Position numbers and translations under genes: made by a program | Notes under the pieces: generated by a model | The model's database searches: none | Seen by the model: only the letters and a program-made list of their open reading frames with translations | What the model was told of the DNA's origin: nothing | Origin: Azolla caroliniana | Lineage: Eukaryota > Plantae > Polypodiophyta | DNA: 64,000 nt | Direction of reading: 5' to 3' | Assembly (NCBI GenBank): GCA_043228905.1 | Contig: JBHGNT010000006.1 | Location: 19,158,001 to 19,222,000 of the forward strand | Shown: in pieces, positions 44,116 to 56,800 of the stretch | Layout of the letters: each line of letters begins with the position of its first letter | Position numbering within the stretch: position 1 is the stretch's first letter

Positions 44116-46647
44116 CTAGTTACCGATATGTATGTGTTTAATATGATATAGGCCTATTTATGTGTCTCGTCTTGGTATATCATGTGATGGAGGTCTAGAT
44201 AGTTTTGTAGTCCTTATACTGAAAGATGCAAAACTATTTCTTATGACTCAATTCACGTATAAAGATTGTTAGTTTAAATGATAAAAAATCATTACCAATA
44301 TGAATTGCCAAACAACACATAAGCGTGCACTCACACAGACACACATATTATATATATATATATATCTTCAGCTTAACCTAAAAATAGAAATGTTCATTCT
44401 CCTTGTAATGATTGTACAACCAATATGAACAACTAATGCTTGTTCCTCAATGCAGATATACTACAGAAAGAAGATAATGGATATTTTTGAGATACATGCA
44501 TACCCAATGCAAATGCATTCTGAAAGAACACAATGGGGCTTACAAGTATAATGCCATTATTGTTTTAGGTTTTATGGCATTGAAACATCTGAAGTGGTAA
44601 CTAAAGGACTAGGGTTCAGCAAGGATGATTCCTATGTATACTTTTATCATTTTGAAGTTACGTGAATCCTTATCATTGTTCTGAAGAAATTGGATTCACA
44701 TTGTTCTAAGGAAATTGTCTTCCCTCGGATGTTTGGAATTTTGAACAATACCTTTTAACAAAAAAATCTTTTCGGCATGCTCTGTTTCCCTGAATAGCCC
44801 TAATAACTCCTGTTGTGTGAAAAAGGTTGATTTTTCCAAATTATACATGTTTTAAATGCAATTATTAAGGTGGTAAAGGTTTGTTTTGATATCGACGATA
44901 CTGATTGCAATATATATTGAGCAGTTTGCTGAAGAAAACATATTCCAATATCTCATGCTCTCCATATATATGAGCGTTGTATGCATTTCCTTAACCCTGG
45001 ATTCAGAACTAATGTATCATCGTTGAGTGATTGGCTTCACATTTATAGGGTTGAAACTCGTTCCTTGTTTTGTTTCTCTTCAAACTTCTGAGACATCTTT
45101 TGAAAACATGCCTTCAAAATTTCATGCTTTCCTTACCACATCGGTGATACAGAAGTAGATGTTTGAAGCTGATTCCTTGTTCTTTGAACTTTTTGAGGCA
45201 TTTTTTGATGCTTTCAATACCGCATTTGTGATATAAAGATGTTTAGATTCTTTTGAAAAGTTCTGGAAGCACATCTGGTTAGAGTTTTATTGGGTGGAAA
45301 ATCTGTTTTGTATTGTTCAAGTTTGATTTCTGCGGGTGCTGTTAATTGATTGCCCTCATGGATCAGAGATTATGCAAATTTGTTCTTGTTTTAGTTTTGA
45401 ATGATCAAATATCTTCTTATTTGTTTTAAACTTGTAATGGAATTGGTTTTGACCGAAGAGGAGAATGTAGAGAATGTAGTTCAATCTCTATTCTTGCATT
45501 TTCTTGGGTTTAGGTACATGAAAAGGAGGAAGAAAACACAAGAAAGGACAATTTTGAGAAGCTTTTGCCTTGAATCACTGAATGCCTTATCACTTGGTTT
45601 GCCTTGAAACACTTGTTGACCTAGGGCTAATTGGGTTTGGAATTGGAAGAAGATTGGCACCATGCTCTACATATTTGTTTCTCAACGAATTACATGCCTT
45701 AGAAGAAATTCTCTTGGATTTATTTTCTTGTTTCTAATTGGTGCAAAAAGACTTAACAGCTTGCTAATCAATATGAGGCGTATGGTGAGAACCTAAAATG
45801 ACATTGTAACATTTTATGATTTTAAGGTCAGTTGGTATTGATCGATTTGGATAGAGTTGACGTGCTCAAGGCTACACAATGAGCCTGCAAATGATGAAAT
45901 ATGTGAAGGTTTTGAAAATTTCAATGTATGAGGATAAAATAGGCTTCTTTCACGGAAAGATGTAGCGATAAATAGAGAGAAAAAATGTCAAACTAACATA
46001 TTTGAAGAAAAGGTGGATTGAGTATGTGAACTGATGTTAAAATACAAACACACGCTTTAGAATAGTTGACACAACTTGAGAATGGTGATACTTGCTCTAC
46101 TATACGAAAACTATAACACAAATTCAGCAAATTTTTCATCCATGCTGTAAATTGCAAGGTGATTGGAACAAATAAAGCTTTGTAATATGTTACCACCTAA
46201 CCAAGAAGCTATGAAATTCCCTAATCACTTCATTTCATGAAACAAATTTACAAATAACACCTTTAATGATGCAATCACTCTATTGATTATTATAAGTACT
46301 ACATCAATTTATCAAAGAGGCAATAACTTAAATGGCAAACTTTTTGGTCCTATTTTGGTTTCATTTTTAAAGTGTAGATATATACATTGCATATGGAACT
46401 TAATTTTTTTGTATTATGCATCCATTCTCTCTAAGGTCATAGAGTAATTGAACCTAAATAGAAAATAAAACACAACATTTGAATGTAAAACAAAAAAAGA
46501 GGCTAGCAAAAGAAAAACAAGAGCCATTCTTTTTGGGGATCCAAACTTGGATCCACATGTCATCTAATGTAGTGTGAGTATTAAAAGTTGATAAATGTGA
46601 TGTTATGAATATTTAAGATACCAAAGTATAATGTCGCAACTCACACA

Positions 46648-47047
46648 TTTAGCAAGTTGGTAGAGATATTGTGTTGGTCTTCAATAAGAAATTCATTAGT
46701 ATCAAACTAGGGAGGTTTGTGATTAAGTATATATCAATGAAAACCTATAAATTCAAACTCGCTAAAAAGAGGTAACTCTATAATGCCCAAAGTATATTCC
46801 TTATAGAACATGCTATATAAGCTTAAGGAATCAATGGCAATGCTAGTAGACATAGTCAAATTTAGCTAGTTGGTAGAGATATATTGCGTTGGTCTTCAAT
46901 AAGAAATTCCTTAGTATCAAACTAGGAATGCTTGTGACTAGCAGATATCAATGAAAACCTACAAATTCAAATTCACTAAAAAGAGCTAACTCTATAATGC
47001 CCAAAGTATATTCCTTATAGAACATGCTATATAAACTAAAGGAATCA
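46648..47047. repeat. ~213-bp tandem duplication
   Basis: TTTAGC.AGTTGGTAGAGATAT...AAGGAATCAA occurs twice. Confidence 0.85.
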
Positions 47048-47054
47048 ACCAAAG

Positions 47055-47536
47055 TGTAGTGTGACTATGTACTATAGCATGTTCTCCACGATAGAGAACA
47101 CACGATGTTTACGTGGAAAACCCTAAATAGGGAAAAAACCACGGGAGCCCACAGACTCCAAACTATCACTATATGAGAAAGGTACAATCAGAGACTCGGA
47201 GGCAACGACCTCGAGCTTTGTATCTTCGCCAAGCGGCGGTTACAACAGAGTATCGCTCTGTGTGTCTCTCTCTCTTTCCGTCTCTATCTAACAATATACA
47301 ACAACAACTATACATTGTGGTTGCCCTAAGTCATATTTACACTCATATGTCCTTAGGGCTATTTACAAATATAGCCTCAACGGGCTTACTCTAACATATT
47401 TACAAATATGTCATTGGATCCGGTTTGCACCGGATTCATTCGATCCGGTTTCTGGGTCTCATTCGGAACCCTTTCGGATCCAGTTCCTTCATCTAGTTCG
47501 TCCGGATCCCATCCGGAGGGACCGAAATCCCAACAA
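47055..47536 (-). mobile_element. Probable solo or partial copia LTR
   Basis: TTTACGTGGAAAACCC...GGGAAAAAACCACGG resembles plant copia U5 sequence. TG...CA ends are plausible but I found no TSD. Confidence 0.4.
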
Positions 47537-48119
47537 TTATAGCCCATCCTCTCCATGTGTAGAAGATAAGCCAATTCTCTCACTATGCCCAATTCAATGC
47601 CTTGATCATATAAACTACATACTGTTTGGCATGTTCTCATACACAATGATACATTGATCGCCTTCTCCAAAAATAATAAAAAGTTCAAAGTTTATTTATA
47701 TAAAATTAAGTGCCCAATACTAAATAACATCACATAGTAATTTCAATCACACAACAACATTACATTGACTCATGTCCCAACCATCTAAACGATAGTCAAT
47801 TACCACATGCTCTACTGTTTTCCTAGGTTTCACACATGGGACTACTTATTGCTTGTTAGCGTTCACGTCAATATACGTTCGTGATGCTGGAACTACATTC
47901 AATAGGTCGAGAATCGCACAAAAGGAGGAGCTACCACTTCTTCCAAAGTAGCCCGCAAAATAGAAAATGAAAGGAAAAAAAGATAAACTCGACCCTACTT
48001 TTCTTGGGGATAACGATTTCGTGTGCACATCAATATGGAGTTCAGAATGATGGAATGGGCTTGTTCACATGGAACAAGTGTTAAGGGGGTCTCTGTCTCT
48101 CCAGACTCCCACTATATAT

Positions 48120-48335
48120 ATACATACACATACATACATACATACATGATACACATACATACATACATACATACATAAATACATACATACATACATACAT
48201 ACATAATTCACATACATACATACATAATTCACATACATACATACATACATACATACATACATACATACATACATACATACATACATCATGATACACATAC
48301 ATACATACATACATACATACATACATACATACATA
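48120..48335. repeat. (ACAT)n microsatellite
   Basis: Directly visible. Confidence 0.95.
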
Positions 48336-49264
48336 AGGAACCCGAATCAAATGAGAAACCCAACCAATAATACTACATACTTTGAAAGTTGCTCAAAAAC
48401 AAAACACCCACCAACACCGAAACCTTCAACAGGGCTCTCTTCTCTGTGTCTTCTGTACATCACCAGAGAAATACCTCCTTCCACTCAGAGGAAAACAGAT
48501 GGCTCTTCAGTCGTAGATATTCATAGAGGTAGGTGTCTCCTTTGTAACTGGTTGTGGTTGATGGATTCTATCGGAATCCTGGCTTTGATGGCAGGTCAGT
48601 GTTCCCAAAAATGTCGGAAATGCTTCAAAGTTTTGAGCTTTTCCGGGATGGCATATTTCAGAAACAGAACTAAACATCAACGGAATATATAAACTTGGGG
48701 TGTTTTTCACTTAATTTCCGATGGTTTCATGCTTCCAACGGAAACCGCGGAAACCTGGCAGGTTAGTAAAGAATAAATTTCCAAAGGGACAGGGTTGTCA
48801 ATGCATCATGTGTAGCATAGGAATAAACACAGACCTTGATCATTGCGGTATCACATTTCAGATAAGCAGCCCTGTGCATTGTCTTATTATAGGTCTCGAT
48901 ACTTACATATGTATTTCATCACACAGTTGATCAATCCATGGGAAATTAAGTTTAATTTCTTGACTCTTGCCTATGTTCAGAAGAGATAAACATGTATCAA
49001 TGATGATACGTGTATTTCCTTGCACAATCGATCAATTGATGTCTTTACTTCTGTGTTTATTTGCGTTATTGAACTGTAGATTTCTATACAAACATGTTTC
49101 TTTGGACTATTGACCATAGATGTCTCTACATATGTTTTCTACTCCTCAATTCGGTAGATACATGCCATTAAAGAGATATCTATCATGGTTTGCCTCAATG
49201 ATGTATGAGATATACGAATGTGGATGCCTATACTTATGTGTTTTGTTGCACACTTGAATGATAT

Positions 49265-51484
49265 ATGGCTAGTGAACTGAAAATGGCCCATATAGAGCCA
49301 AAAGAAAGACATGGATATCACAAGGAAGATTTTGCTTTTGTGAGCTTACTCAAAGATTGTGCCAAGAAGAAGGACATTTATGAGGGAACTAAACTACATG
49401 CTGATATTCTTAAAAAAGGTTTACTTAAAAGGTGTCCTCATCTAACCGGTGCCTTGATCACTCTGTATTCCAAATGTGGAGCACTTATAGAAGCTGAACA
49501 TGTGTTGGATGAGTTTCCAATTCGAAATGTGGTAACTTGGAATATATTAATTTCAGGTTATGTCCAACATGGCCATGGTCACGAAGCAATGACCTGTTTT
49601 GAGCGCATGCAAAATGAAGGGCAATTACCAGATGTGCTTACTTACATCTGCATTGTGAAGGCTTGTGGAAGCATGAAATCTATAGAAAAGGGTCAACGAA
49701 TTCATGATGAGATTGTGATTAGAGGCTTGTTAAAGAAGGAGATTGTGCTAGGAACTGCTTTGGTGGATATGTATGCGAAATGCGGTGTACTTGCAAAAGC
49801 ACGACAAGTGCACAAAGAGCTTCTTGCTCATGATGTGATCTCATGGAATGCATTAATTACAGGGTATGCCCAACAAGGTCAAAGTCATGAAGCATTGGAG
49901 TGTTTTGAACAGATGCAGAGCGAGGGTTTCTCTCCAAATGCTGTCACCTTCATTTGTGTCTTAAAAGCATGTGGTGGCACACAAGAATTAGACAAAGGAA
50001 AAACAATTCATGATGAGATTGTGATTAGGGGAATGCTAGTAGACAATATTATGCTTGGTACTGCTTTGGTAGATATGTATGCCAAATGTGGCGAACTTGC
50101 CAAAGCACGACAAGTTTTGGAGGAACTTCCTATGCGAAATGTGATTTCTTGGTCTGCACTGATTGCAGGATATGCTGAACAGGGGCAATATGAGGAGGTA
50201 TTGAGCTGTTTTGAGCATATGCAAAGTGAGGGCATATCTCCAAATGCTGTCACTTTCATTTGCATGTTGAAGGTCTGTAGTAAAACAGAAAATATAGACA
50301 AGGGAAAACAAATTCATTGTGACATTGTGTGTAGGGGTTTCCTGGAGAAGGATCTTGCCCTTGGCAATGCTTTAGTGGATATGTATGTACAGCAGGGGCA
50401 TGGTCATGACGCGCTGAAATGTTTCAAACTAATGCAAAGTGAAGGAATCTCTCCAGACGCGGTCACTTTCACTTGCATCATGAAGGCATGTGGGAATATA
50501 GGAGCTATAGAGAAGGGAAAATATTTTCACCACGAGGTTGTCTGTAAGGGATTTCTAGAGAAAGATGTTGTACTTGGCACCGCTTTGGTAGATATGTATG
50601 CTAAATGTGGTGAACTTGAGAAAGCACAAGAAGTACATGAAAACCTTCCTCTTCGAAATGTTGTCTCTTCAAATGCACTAATTTCAGGGTATGCACAATG
50701 GGGGCAAGGTGACAAAGCACTTAAGTGTTTTGAGTGGATGCAGAGTGAGGGGTTCTCTCCAGATGCAATCACCTTCATTTGCACCTTAAAAGCATGTGGT
50801 AGCACAGGAGCCATAGACAAAGGCAAACAAATTCATGACAATATTGTGAACTCGGGCTTGCTAGAAAAGGAAATTATGCTTGGCACTGCATTGGTGGATA
50901 TGTATGCTAAATGCAATTTGCTTGCAAAAGCACAACAAGTGCTTGAAGAGCTTCCAGAACGTAATGTAGCTTCTTGGAATGCCTTAATTGGAGGTTATTC
51001 CCAAGAAAGACTAGGCCAAGAAGCATTATATTGTTTTAAACGGATGCAAAGTGAAGGACTTTCCCCGAATGCAATAACATTTTTATCAGTTCTGAGTGCA
51101 TGTAGCCATTCTGGGTTATTGGATGAGGCCCAAATGTTGTTTGGGAACATGACGAGAAAGTATGATATGATTCCAGAATTAGAACACCACACTTGCATGG
51201 TAGCTGTTCTTGGATGTGCAGGGCATTTTGACAAGGCAATGTCAGCTATTGAAGTGATGCCACATAGTGGTTCTCCTGCAGTTTGGCTTTCATTGTTAGG
51301 TGCTTGTAGAAAATGGGGGAACCTGAAGCTTGGGATATTGGCTTTTGATCAGTCATTGCAGCTAGATCATACTTGTGCTACGGCTTATATTCTCATGGCT
51401 AATATTTTTGCAGCTGCTGGCATGCAAGAAGATGCAGAGAATGTTGAAACCATGAGGATGAAATATGCTCCTTCAAATGATTAA
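49265..51484 (+). CDS. PLS-class pentatricopeptide repeat protein with E domains and no DYW (organellar RNA-editing factor type)
   Basis: Intronless 739-aa ORF of P-L-S triplets (VISWNALITGY, PNAVTFICVLKAC, LGTALVDMYAKCG), ending in P2-L2-S2 and E1/E2 (VWLSLLGACR, AYILMANIFA). The true N-terminus may include an upstream exon. Confidence 0.93.
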   Translation: MASELKMAHIEPKERHGYHKEDFAFVSLLKDCAKKKDIYEGTKLHADILKKGLLKRCPHLTGALITLYSKCGALIEAEHVLDEFPIRNVVTWNILISGYVQHGHGHEAMTCFERMQNEGQLPDVLTYICIVKACGSMKSIEKGQRIHDEIVIRGLLKKEIVLGTALVDMYAKCGVLAKARQVHKELLAHDVISWNALITGYAQQGQSHEALECFEQMQSEGFSPNAVTFICVLKACGGTQELDKGKTIHDEIVIRGMLVDNIMLGTALVDMYAKCGELAKARQVLEELPMRNVISWSALIAGYAEQGQYEEVLSCFEHMQSEGISPNAVTFICMLKVCSKTENIDKGKQIHCDIVCRGFLEKDLALGNALVDMYVQQGHGHDALKCFKLMQSEGISPDAVTFTCIMKACGNIGAIEKGKYFHHEVVCKGFLEKDVVLGTALVDMYAKCGELEKAQEVHENLPLRNVVSSNALISGYAQWGQGDKALKCFEWMQSEGFSPDAITFICTLKACGSTGAIDKGKQIHDNIVNSGLLEKEIMLGTALVDMYAKCNLLAKAQQVLEELPERNVASWNALIGGYSQERLGQEALYCFKRMQSEGLSPNAITFLSVLSACSHSGLLDEAQMLFGNMTRKYDMIPELEHHTCMVAVLGCAGHFDKAMSAIEVMPHSGSPAVWLSLLGACRKWGNLKLGILAFDQSLQLDHTCATAYILMANIFAAAGMQEDAENVETMRMKYAPSND

Positions 51485-52150
51485 GAGAACAAAAACAGTG
51501 TGGTTTGAGATATGCTTGGCTTCACTATATACAAAAAACCAAAACGGAGAAAGCTTGGGGAAGGTGGTTCAGCTGTTGCCTTAAAAGCCATGGATCCGGA
51601 GAAAAGGTCCTGAGATGCACCCTTACCTACTCCTGGCCTGGTTGTTACAGTGTCTTCTAGAATTCTGCCAGTGTTAAGACAGAAAAACTGACAAATATTT
51701 TCCATTGAGAGGTTAAAGGAGAATGAACTATCCTTTCTGTTAAGAAAGAGAAGTAAACTGAAGAAGCTTTTTCTATTATAAGAGCATGGACATGAAAATA
51801 ATGCCCGGTGTCATAACCCATGAGATGATGGAATGGTGGATGGTCCACTGCGAGAAAAAGGCACAAAGTCAAGAACACAGATTGATGATTGTGTGAAGCT
51901 TAGGGTGAGTAAAAGCTTCCATGGATATGCTTGTTTTTGGTACAAGTTAAATTCCTATTTACTTTTCCTTTGCTACCTAAGTGTATGCTAGGTATTTGTT
52001 GCGAGAGACAACACTACATCCATGTGATTAAAAATCTTTGAATTGCCAATGTAATTGGATTATTTCTTTGGCATCGATCATTTAAAAGTGATTTATTCAT
52101 TGACTTATTGATATTATTGTGATCTTCAAATGCAATGATCTAATAGAACC

Positions 52151-52523
52151 TAGCAATGGGCCCGGTTCCAGCTCAAACCAAACTGAACCATTAAACTGTG
52201 GCTTAACAGTTTATTGGTTCGAAGATAAATAAACAGTTTGGTTTGGTTTCAAATATTACAATTCAGTTTGGTTTGGTTTTAATTTTCATGGTTAAACAGT
52301 TTAGGGGTTTATTGGCTTATCGGATTCGGTTTATGTGGTTTGGTTTTAAACGTTTAACAGTTTAAAGGTTAAAGAATACTCCTAAAATTTCCCTAACTTT
52401 CAACTTTTAATTTTAAACCCTAGTTTTGACTTATTAAATTTTATATACATTATATGCAAGGTCTCCTTTTCATTTTTGATGATCAAATTTAAAGGCCAAG
52501 AAACTGAATCGGGCCCATTGCTA
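52151..52523. mobile_element. hAT-superfamily MITE (373 bp)
   Basis: TIRs TAGCAATGGGCCCG.TTC and GAA.CGGGCCCATTGCTA. Perfect 8-bp TSD ATAGAACC at 52143-52150 and 52524-52531. Subterminal AAACC/GGTTT repeats. Confidence 0.93.
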
Positions 52524-53825
52524 ATAGAACCAACAAAGAAATTCATACTGCAAAGAATCCTTGGATGTAATTATGAACTTGGACTACAAATCACCATTTA
52601 TAAGACCATCCCACAATCTAACCCTGCAAGTTAGTCTAAGTAGAATAAATTATAATGAAATTCTTTCATGTATCTGAATCCTTCAAGGGTTGTTATTTCA
52701 AAAAGCTTGCTTTGGTAAAGAGACTACACTAACTCTCGATCATTTTCAGAGAAAATCATAAATACACACAATCCAAAGAGTCAATGGTGTACATACAAAG
52801 TTGTATCTGAAATTACCAAAACATGATTGAAAACGAGTGCTGTATAAGAAAAAGAGTGCTGTATAAGCATTTCACATTATTAAAATACATAATAGTCTAA
52901 TAATGTGCCTCACTCCATCGATGTACATAGTTCTATACATTGATATTTTAAATAACTAAATATGACATTTCTACAACATTGACATTATGGTCAATGAACA
53001 TTTGAAAGCCACTCTACATCTGCCATACATAAAACCAAAAGCATACAAGGATCGCTCTAACTCATTTTACTATATATAAAACCAACAACCATTCCGCATC
53101 ATCTATAAAACATTAAACCTAGTGTGTATGCACGTACATTCGTATGTATTAACCAATTTGTTCCTTGAAAAGCCAATAATGAACAGAACTATATTACCAC
53201 TAAAGTCCTGCAGAAAGGATACTTCTTGTCTACTGTTAGAAGCATTGGATCAACGTGTTTCTTATGGATGGGCTACTATTTGATATTCTCTGTAAGTGAT
53301 ACTTCCTACTATTTAATGAATGAGTTCGATCTTTATGCATTTCATTATAACAAAATACTGTTTTCAGTCTCTCTGTAGGTGATCATTCCTGCATGAAGCT
53401 AAAAGCATTGGATCAATGTGTCAACTCTTATGGATCAATTACAATAACATACTCTTTAAGCCTCTCTGAAAGTACAAAACATATGTTGACCACTCAAAAT
53501 GAATAAATGAATTCAAATCTGTTTGTTTTTTAAACTAACCTATTTCCTAAAAGAAAGTTTAAAATGATCCAAAGATAACTTGTTCTAGGCATATCAAATT
53601 ATTAGTGACTAAACATTAAAACTTGTGATTTAGATACAAATATTGATTTGTGTCAATTTCTATAGCATCTTGAAATACATAATAAGCCTGAACAATTTGG
53701 CGGCTTTCAATGCTTATAAGGAATTTGACGGCTTTAAAGTAGCTTTTAATTATTTCAACTCTCGGAGATACATGAGATCTATGTAGGAAAAGTTATATTT
53801 AATTAGTATAAAACCATTCACCATT

Positions 53826-56800
53826 CTAATTATACCTTCTTGTGTGAGCAAATGCCCAGACCTGGAAACAAAGAGAGATTTAACAGAATTGTTCTATAAG
53901 CCCAAGAAAACTACATGAATGAAGCTAAAGAAGAAGCTTCACCTCCACATTAGCAATGGAAATTTCCGTTGATTTTGTGAGGCAGTAATTCCCAAACGTG
54001 TTACAAACCCCACTAGACCCATGCAAGCTGCTCCATATGACATCATTGAGGTTTAGTTGTTATTGATTTTCTTCTTATTCAAAAGTTACTGCACTCTAAT
54101 TTGACTACATAAATGAAGTTTGGATTTTCAACTAGTTTATCGACACCAATCCTCTAGTAATGTACCTATGGAAACAGACATAAAACACATTATCCACTGG
54201 TTCTATCTACAAGATTGCCAGTTGAATATGCAGTGCTCCCAGATTATTCCTTTCAAGAGGAATGAAAATGTTAAAAAAGTGGGAGGCAATGTTCTTTGTA
54301 TGCTTCATTAGCTCTAATTGGACGTACTAATATGTTGTGATCTCTCCCCGCAGATCTCTCGCGTGTACACCTTCTTTGGACGAGCTTTCCCACTCTAATA
54401 TGAAAGATCTTACCCTCCCCAAAGATGATCCACAAGTTGAATGCAAGACATTGGATTAGCACACTGTATGCAAGAGATACACAAGCACCAACCAGATTAT
54501 GTACACATTGCAAATATTCTTTTTCTACGAGTAGCAGGACGGTCCTTGTGACAAGTAATGAACCTCATTCTCTTAGGTGATCAGAGAGATTGTTGATACT
54601 CATGATTTTCTTCAATACTCATGATTCATGTGCTTTTAAAAAATGAATGTTTTAATTACATTCTTTAGTTATACTTTCATAGAAGATATTAATGAAGATA
54701 GGATGCTAAAAATAAACTAATGAACCTATTTGGTGAAGCTAACATTCATAAGGCTTAGGCCTACGAAAATCTTATCTGGTTGCTGCCCCTCACCATAGAC
54801 AAGAAGAGATCGCCAGATTCAAACTTGTCTAGTTAGATTCTTTTATGCATTTGGTGCAGGGGAGTGAATTCATCCATTCTCCAAATTTTGTTACCTTGTA
54901 GCAGCTTCACTTGTTGCCAGAAGTTTGAATCTTTTCCCCATGCTTTCATATATTAGAGTGAAATATTTATTGGAACATGGATCTCGTAGATCAATGAGCC
55001 AAAGTGCCTTACGAATGAAGTCTTTTTGACAATTTCAAAATATCCGAATCTGTGAGGATTTAAGCTTATTTTTCACCTTCAGCTAGTCCAGTAGCAATCC
55101 TCTCCTTAATGTTTTTCTTTCTTCATAATTTATATACTGTCTTTCAATGAGATGTTGCTTTATTTCTTCATTGGTTTCAATGAGCTCCACTTTGGCTACA
55201 AGGATTTGCTGTTGAATTTCTTTAGAAAGAAAGATGAATTAACATATCTTAAAAGGCCAACCTGGCCTAGAAAAAAAGCTATATTAAATCAGCACAATAT
55301 CATCAGCAATTTCACTCTGCCCTGAAACTCAATTCTGACTCTAGCATCAAGCCATATAGTTTAGCCAAGTAATAGCATGATTGTCCTATAGCTGCTTCCT
55401 TGGCATCATGGCCTCTCCACCCTTGAGGATTGGCACAAAGGTATGTTCTGTCCATCCAGTAGGGAAACTTGGCTCTATTAAAAATGTGTGCTAGCAATGG
55501 GACCAAGATGTCACAGGCATAGATAAAGTGCTCACCAACCAATCCATCATGATCTTGGGCCTTCCCTAATTGTAACCAATCAATGGTATTTCTTACATTT
55601 TGTGGAGTAAAAAAGGTGGATTCATGTGGGCGTGAGCTATGTGGGTGGGGAAGTGAAGGCTGCCGGGGATATCATATAGAACCTTAGCATATTTATCCCA
55701 CAACTGAGGTGAGGTCACTTGTGTGATAGGTTGCCTCGCATTAAACATTTTCCATGCTCTTTTACTTTCTTGTCCTAGAAACAAACGATAGAAATGATCT
55801 TTAAATTTAGCTAAACACAATCTCTTCTTCTTCCTCACAAGGAGTTGGTAGGTTGCTCCTGCTTGTTTGTGTGTATAAATACCCCGAGTTACTTCACACT
55901 CCAAGAATCTTCTTGTGTCATGACATTCCTCATCATACCAACTATTTTGGATGACTCTACCAAGTTTGGGGGCATTGGCCGTGGGGTGAGGAAAGGCATT
56001 TATGGCAGCTTTATGTTATGACTTTTGACAATCCTTGTGTAACTTCATCTAGCGGTACAAAAGGATCCAAATTTAGCATGCCATTCATTATATACTCTAG
56101 AACTAAAACACATCAATTGTCTCTCAAGTATATTGGTACTTAGCCAGTCCGCTCTCCTTAGCATATACATTCATCCTTCACCTCAAATCATAGATATGCA
56201 TGACCTGCTGCCAGGCCAATAGGTCTACCAGATATAGTGAACTCGCTTAGTTCAGGTATCAGATATGGAGACCACATTATGTAATCGACTCTGCTTGCAC
56301 CTCATTTTGGGTTCCAACATGTCAAAGCATCTGATCCAGGCCATTGTGATAATCCATTATATATCACAAATCCATCTGCACTTCCCAAGGCTAGAAAGAG
56401 TTTGCCAGAATCAGTTACTCCACTCATATCTTGAGCTTGTCACTTACGAAATGAAGAGAAAAATTTACACATGAATGAGAGACTAAAATTTCTCAAGAAA
56501 GAGAGGTAAAAATGAAAGACTATTAATTGTAGAGCCTAACAAAGATTATGATGATTTATGTTAACTCATTAACATGAGTTGCAAAGAAAACAGTATTTCT
56601 CCTCTAGCTTCCTAAAACTTAATAGCTTGATATATGATCATGAAAAACCAACAATTGTTGCCCTCTGAAAATATTATTGGAACTGAAATTACTGCCCTCT
56701 GAAAATATCCATTGTGGGGTGATCCAATATTGAAAGAACAATTGGATGAGGAGAGTGCCGGGTTCCTTGTCCTGATGGATTTGATCTTATGAAAGATATG

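Noticed and set aside
48065-48350. MYVC-repeat ORFs
   Set aside because: Translations of the (ACAT)n microsatellite.
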